Shown here one piece after another: positions 22,120-26,266 of a DNA stretch of 26,266 bases. Origin of the DNA: Ginkgo biloba (Eukaryota > Plantae > Ginkgophyta); contig JANKJI020000002.1 of the NCBI GenBank assembly GCA_024626585.2, forward strand, positions 235,066,854 to 235,093,119, read 5' to 3'. The notes beneath the pieces are model-generated. The model saw only the letters and a list, made by a program, of their open reading frames with translations, had not been told where the DNA came from and ran no database searches. Each line of letters begins with the position of its first letter. The stretch's first letter is position 1. The translations under genes and the position numbers were made by a program.

Positions 22120-24119
22120 GTAGGATAATTAATCACCTCTATACTAATGCCATCCATTAATGAGTTACCCTAGAATGAAGAATAAAAGACACATTTTTTT
22201 TAGAGACAAGTACAAACCTATATAAAGTGGTTAATCATAGGCTATCAATAAGAAATTAGGAGTTAGGAAGGAGGATTCAGGAAGTAGATATCCTCATTAA
22301 ATAATTGAGAGAGAAACTTAAGGTATACATAGGGGATTTAAGGATTCTAAGGAAAGAAAATGTATAATTGAGAATAGAGGTTGAGAAGAGGAGGGAGGTA
22401 AAGTCTAAGCTACAAGGTACCGTGGAAGGAATACTAGTAGAAAGTGTGAAATTATACTAGGAGATTGATAGAATTTATAAAAAACTATATATTATTTATC
22501 TAAGTGAGGAGGAGTACCAAAGTTTTCTTATCTTAAATAAATAAGGTGATGATATAGAGAAGGAGTATGACCAATTGAAAATGATTTCAACTAGACAGGA
22601 TGTTGGTATTGTTGCCTTAGGATAGCGACTAAGTAGTTTGATGATTATTGCCAATGACTGTGAGGAATATCTAGAGGTTGTTAAGGTTCTCTAGAGTTAC
22701 AAGGAAGAGTACAAAAATTGAATTTATATTTTAGAAAATAAGGGTCATCCAAGTTGGTAGTTCCTAGTGTTATAGAACTAGAGAGTTCCAAGCTAAGGGA
22801 AGAGGTTACGATCCTTGAGTGATTACTCAATAGGGAGATTGAACTAGGATAATATATGGTTGATTATAGACTTCTAGCGAGGATATGTACATTGGTACAA
22901 ACATAGCATTTTTTGAATATGTAGTTGAGATCATTAACCTTTAAGGCCCCATTGCTACTCAACAACATTGATCATGTAAAGGCTTTCTAGAACATAACCT
23001 ACTTGGAAGATAGAAATTTAATTGCATAAATGTATGCGATAAGGATGTTGCTTCCAGATCTTGTAGACTATAATCCAAATTTTTTGATGGGGAATGTTCA
23101 TATCCAAGGACTAATGTCCTCTTTATAAGAAAAAATTTAATGAGCTTAATGCATGACACATTATTCTAGGAGGTAGCGTAAAATTGAGCATTTTGTGCGA
23201 GATAATTGTGTGGGCATAGATGGACTCATTAATAAGCATGACAATTTTTTATAGGTTCTATGAGTCCAAGATGAGTATGAGCTTAAATTACAGTCTATGG
23301 TTAACTTGTGGCAGGAGGCTAGAGATGAGTTAGAAGGGCCAATAATATCTGGAACTCAAGCAAGTTGTAAGAAATTAACATAAGAGTTGAGGCACACATA
23401 ACCATATATTGAAGTATCTTATTGACATGCTTTGCGAAGATACGAGGCAATGATCAATCACGTAAGGAATATGAAAAGTAGGTGGATTAAAATGAGTTTC
23501 TTTTATAATCCTCTATTCGTGTTGTTTCTCCCTTTGTCCGTATTTGGAGACCAGAGAAGGGTTGAGTCACTGTGCCTTTGGAGAGGAATAATTACTAAGG
23601 ACGATCATGTGTTGAGGGTCCCAACTATTGGTTATGGAGCCTGATCGTCTTCCTAACTCAGAGGTCTTGGTTCTGTTATGTAATAAAACCATTACATATG
23701 GTTATGGTTAATAATTANNNNNNNNNNNNNNNNNNNNNNNNNNNNNNNNNNNNNNNNNNNNNNNNNNNNNNNNNNNNNNNNNNNNNNNNNNNNNNNNNNN
23801 NNNNNNNNNNNNNNNNNCAATTCCATTCACTGGAATTGCAAAAAAATGATAATTCCAGTGCATCTGGGCTTTCACCTCATAATGACCTTCATTCCATTCT
23901 CATGCCTCACCATCACACCTACATGCACATGGCATACTAGCATGTGTCTTCACATCTATTTACTGGAAAGAGTGATTACAATTCCAGAAATTATGACATT
24001 TTCTGCAAACGATTTTCTGTCAAATGGATGTCGAAATCGGTTGACAGTGGGGCCCACCCAAGTGCAGGCCAGATAGATGTTTCTGAATCTTTCCAGTTTC
24101 TTTGACATGGCATTAGCAT

Positions 24120-24300
24120 GGCCTGTTCTTTATGGCAGTTCTTTGCAACATGTCTAGGTTCATTATGAATATAGAAGAAATTTTCATTTCCTTTACGCTT
24201 ATTTTCATGATCAACCTTCTTATGGAAAGGTTTCTTGTGGAATCTGCCTTTATAATTCTGTCCATGTTTCATTTGTTGTGGATAGTCCTTTCTACCTTCA
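24120..24300 (-). mobile_element. Retroelement gag remnant with decayed CCHC zinc knuckle
   Basis: A basic stretch KGRFHKKPFHKK...KRKGNE is followed by FYIHNEPRHVAKNC, which has CX2CX4HX4C spacing with H and the last C retained. Confidence 0.5.
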
Positions 24301-25090
24301 AAACAATCTCTTAAAGTTTGGTTCTCCTGATAGATCTCATGCTTTTAGAGCCCTGCACATGTTTTTTCTAGGGTGGATGATTTCATTAATGCAACTGCTG
24401 CTTTATCATGTGTCTTGTGTCCTTTGACATGATAGTGGATTCAATAACCCATGGGCATATTTAGTAATCTGGTAAAAAGATGTCTACCTTCTGACTTTTT
24501 TCCAATGATAATAGACTGTATAATACTTTTGGTTTATTTGAACTACCTAAGAAAGAACTCCATTTTCATCTTTATGCAGAGCATACCTTTCTAACATAAG
24601 TTATTTCATTCATCAATTTCACTTTCCTCTTGCCTCGTGATCATGTCAGACTAGACCTAAGCAACACATCTCAGAGCAAATCACATCTTCAAGATCTTGT
24701 TCTTGTGTTTCATCTCAAAGGGTTTGAAGAAGTTTCCACAGTCCCAATCCAACTCTTGAATTCTTCTCCGGCTCCCTTGTTTCTGATCTCTGGTATGCTA
24801 AGAAAATGGAGCTACTTTGTGTTTGAATCAGCTTTCATTCTGCCATTTATGTGTCCTGTTTATCACTTTCTTTGCTTTCATCACAATGTTGTGACGCTAC
24901 ACTTCTGGAAAATAAGTAATGAAAGAGTCTGTTTGATACTGTATTTATAAATTTATAATATTTTAAATCTGATTCTATCGAATTGTCAACTCATCAGTTC
25001 ATCTGGCTCAATGGTTTGAATGTTATAAATGACCAATTTCATTATCTGCTTCAGCCAGTGGACAGATAAAAGGACGAGCAGGAAAGAATT

Positions 25091-25212
25091 ATGGCAACAC
25101 GAAGTGGGCAGCCTGTGGCTACTTCTGAAAAGAAGTCGAGTAACATTGAGAATGAGTTGCCAGCTTATAGCACCGAGAATCTGCAGAATAACATGAGAGT
25201 CATCTACTACAG
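25091..25212 (+). CDS. EMC6: ER membrane protein complex subunit 6 (Rab5ip family), first coding exon
   Basis: MATRSGQPVATSEKKSSNIENELPAYSTENLQNNMRVIYY(S) matches the plant EMC6 N-terminus (SEK-x-S...P-x-FSAENLQ-x-N-x-KVI-x-x-SRTF). Similarity ends exactly at AG|GT (donor at 25213, phase 2). The next exon (RTFLSII-x-G...) was not found in the window. Confidence 0.87.
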
Positions 25213-26266
25213 GTTCAATTCTTTCTTAGTCTTCTGCTTTATGGAGTGTTGGTTTCTTTTTCTTAAGAAATAAAATAATTCCCTAGAAGAATAGAGGAAC
25301 CCCCTCAGTGTTTTGGTTTGAAAGTGTGATTCATAACACATATTCCAGGCCGAATGAAATTTTCTTTGTATGAAATTTGAAGATGGGAAGATCAATTTTA
25401 GGTAAACTATGTTGACTTTTAAAGAATCAATTGATTATTCTGATCTTTGCCTTGGCTGCTTGGCTTTTCAAGTCAAATATGGTCATGATTAAATGACATA
25501 AATCAAGTATTTGAAATGCTTTTATATAGCATTTATCTTGAGTATTTATTTTTGAGATCCAGCGAGAGAACCATTTGTTCCCAGTAGGCGGATATATCTC
25601 TGGCATAAGCAAGTACACAATTGAGAGATCTTATTCATAGATAAAAAAGTTCAACAACTGTTAGCTATTAGGTTTTAAAGAAAATCTAAAGCTCTCAAGC
25701 CATAATAGCCTTCAACTGTTTGGATTTGATGGATGGGAAATGTGAAGAAAGCGTATAGTAGGAAGAAAACTTAAACTGTTTACGAACAAGAACTTTCCTA
25801 AAATGACAAGGAAACACTTTATATTAATGGGATATGCATAAAATGCACGTGTCTTTATGGACAGATGCACTTTCTCCTTGCATTTCTAGCTTTGAGCAAA
25901 GTCATTTATAATGTTAAAAGGTTGTGAAAGAGAATCTGAGCAAGGAAGAAACANNNNNNNNNNNNNNNNNNNNNNNNNNNNNNNNNNNNNNNNNNNNNNN
26001 NNNNNNNNTATGCCAGTTCGTTCCCTTGTGCAGGCATTTTCTTGAAGGAAGTGCGATGGGTCATTGAGACTAGGAGTATATATTTCAGTGAATAAAATTT
26101 GTATCATTTAGGAATGTAATTGGGCTATGATCAGACATTGGCTAGATACAATCCAAACTTTTAGTGGAGAAAGTTATGGAAGGAAGGTGTAACTAAAATA
26201 TTGAGGCAAGTGTCATCCTTATGAAGATGTGTTTTATATCTACTTAAGATTTATAAAATTCTTCAT

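Larger units (their letters stand above)
4276..23817. other. Ten assembly gaps of exactly 100 N (probable unknown-size placeholders)
   Basis: 4276-4375, 5812-5911, 7303-7402, 8690-8789, 10910-11009, 15077-15176, 16297-16396, 18247-18346, 21797-21896 and 23718-23817, plus many variable-length gaps. Confidence 0.9.

Noticed and set aside
25213-25273. ORF-track extension of EMC6 (RFNSFLVFCF...)
   Set aside because: Read-through into the intron; similarity to EMC6 stops at the GT donor.
26019-26080. tgcag acceptor as the second EMC6 coding exon
   Set aside because: In the required phase it reads RHFLEGS, not the expected SRTFLSII-x-G.

Overview
AT-rich, CpG-depleted plant nuclear DNA. The retroelement protein motifs suggest a gymnosperm, but that is inference only. 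The window comes from a fragmented assembly: ten gaps are exactly 100 N, and sequence content usually changes across them. Most of 1-24300 is decayed retroelement sequence: Ty3/Gypsy gag, protease, RT/RNase H and integrase remnants, plant mobile domain (PMD) remnants, an L1-type LINE 3' end, and a Ty1/Copia LTR, PBS and RT-RNase H. The only recognisable host gene is the first coding exon of EMC6 (25091-25212, +). The most unusual part is 16450-20650, which holds three diverged copies (two long, one short and inverted) of one decayed ORF. This ORF encodes a Caulimoviridae-type (peptidase A3) aspartic protease followed, not by reverse transcriptase, but by about 350 codons I cannot assign. The longest copy lies antisense between a Copia LTR/PBS and a Copia RT, in place of gag-PR-IN, with short triplicated Copia sequence at both junctions. 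All assignments come from manual translation and remembered family motifs; no searches were run.
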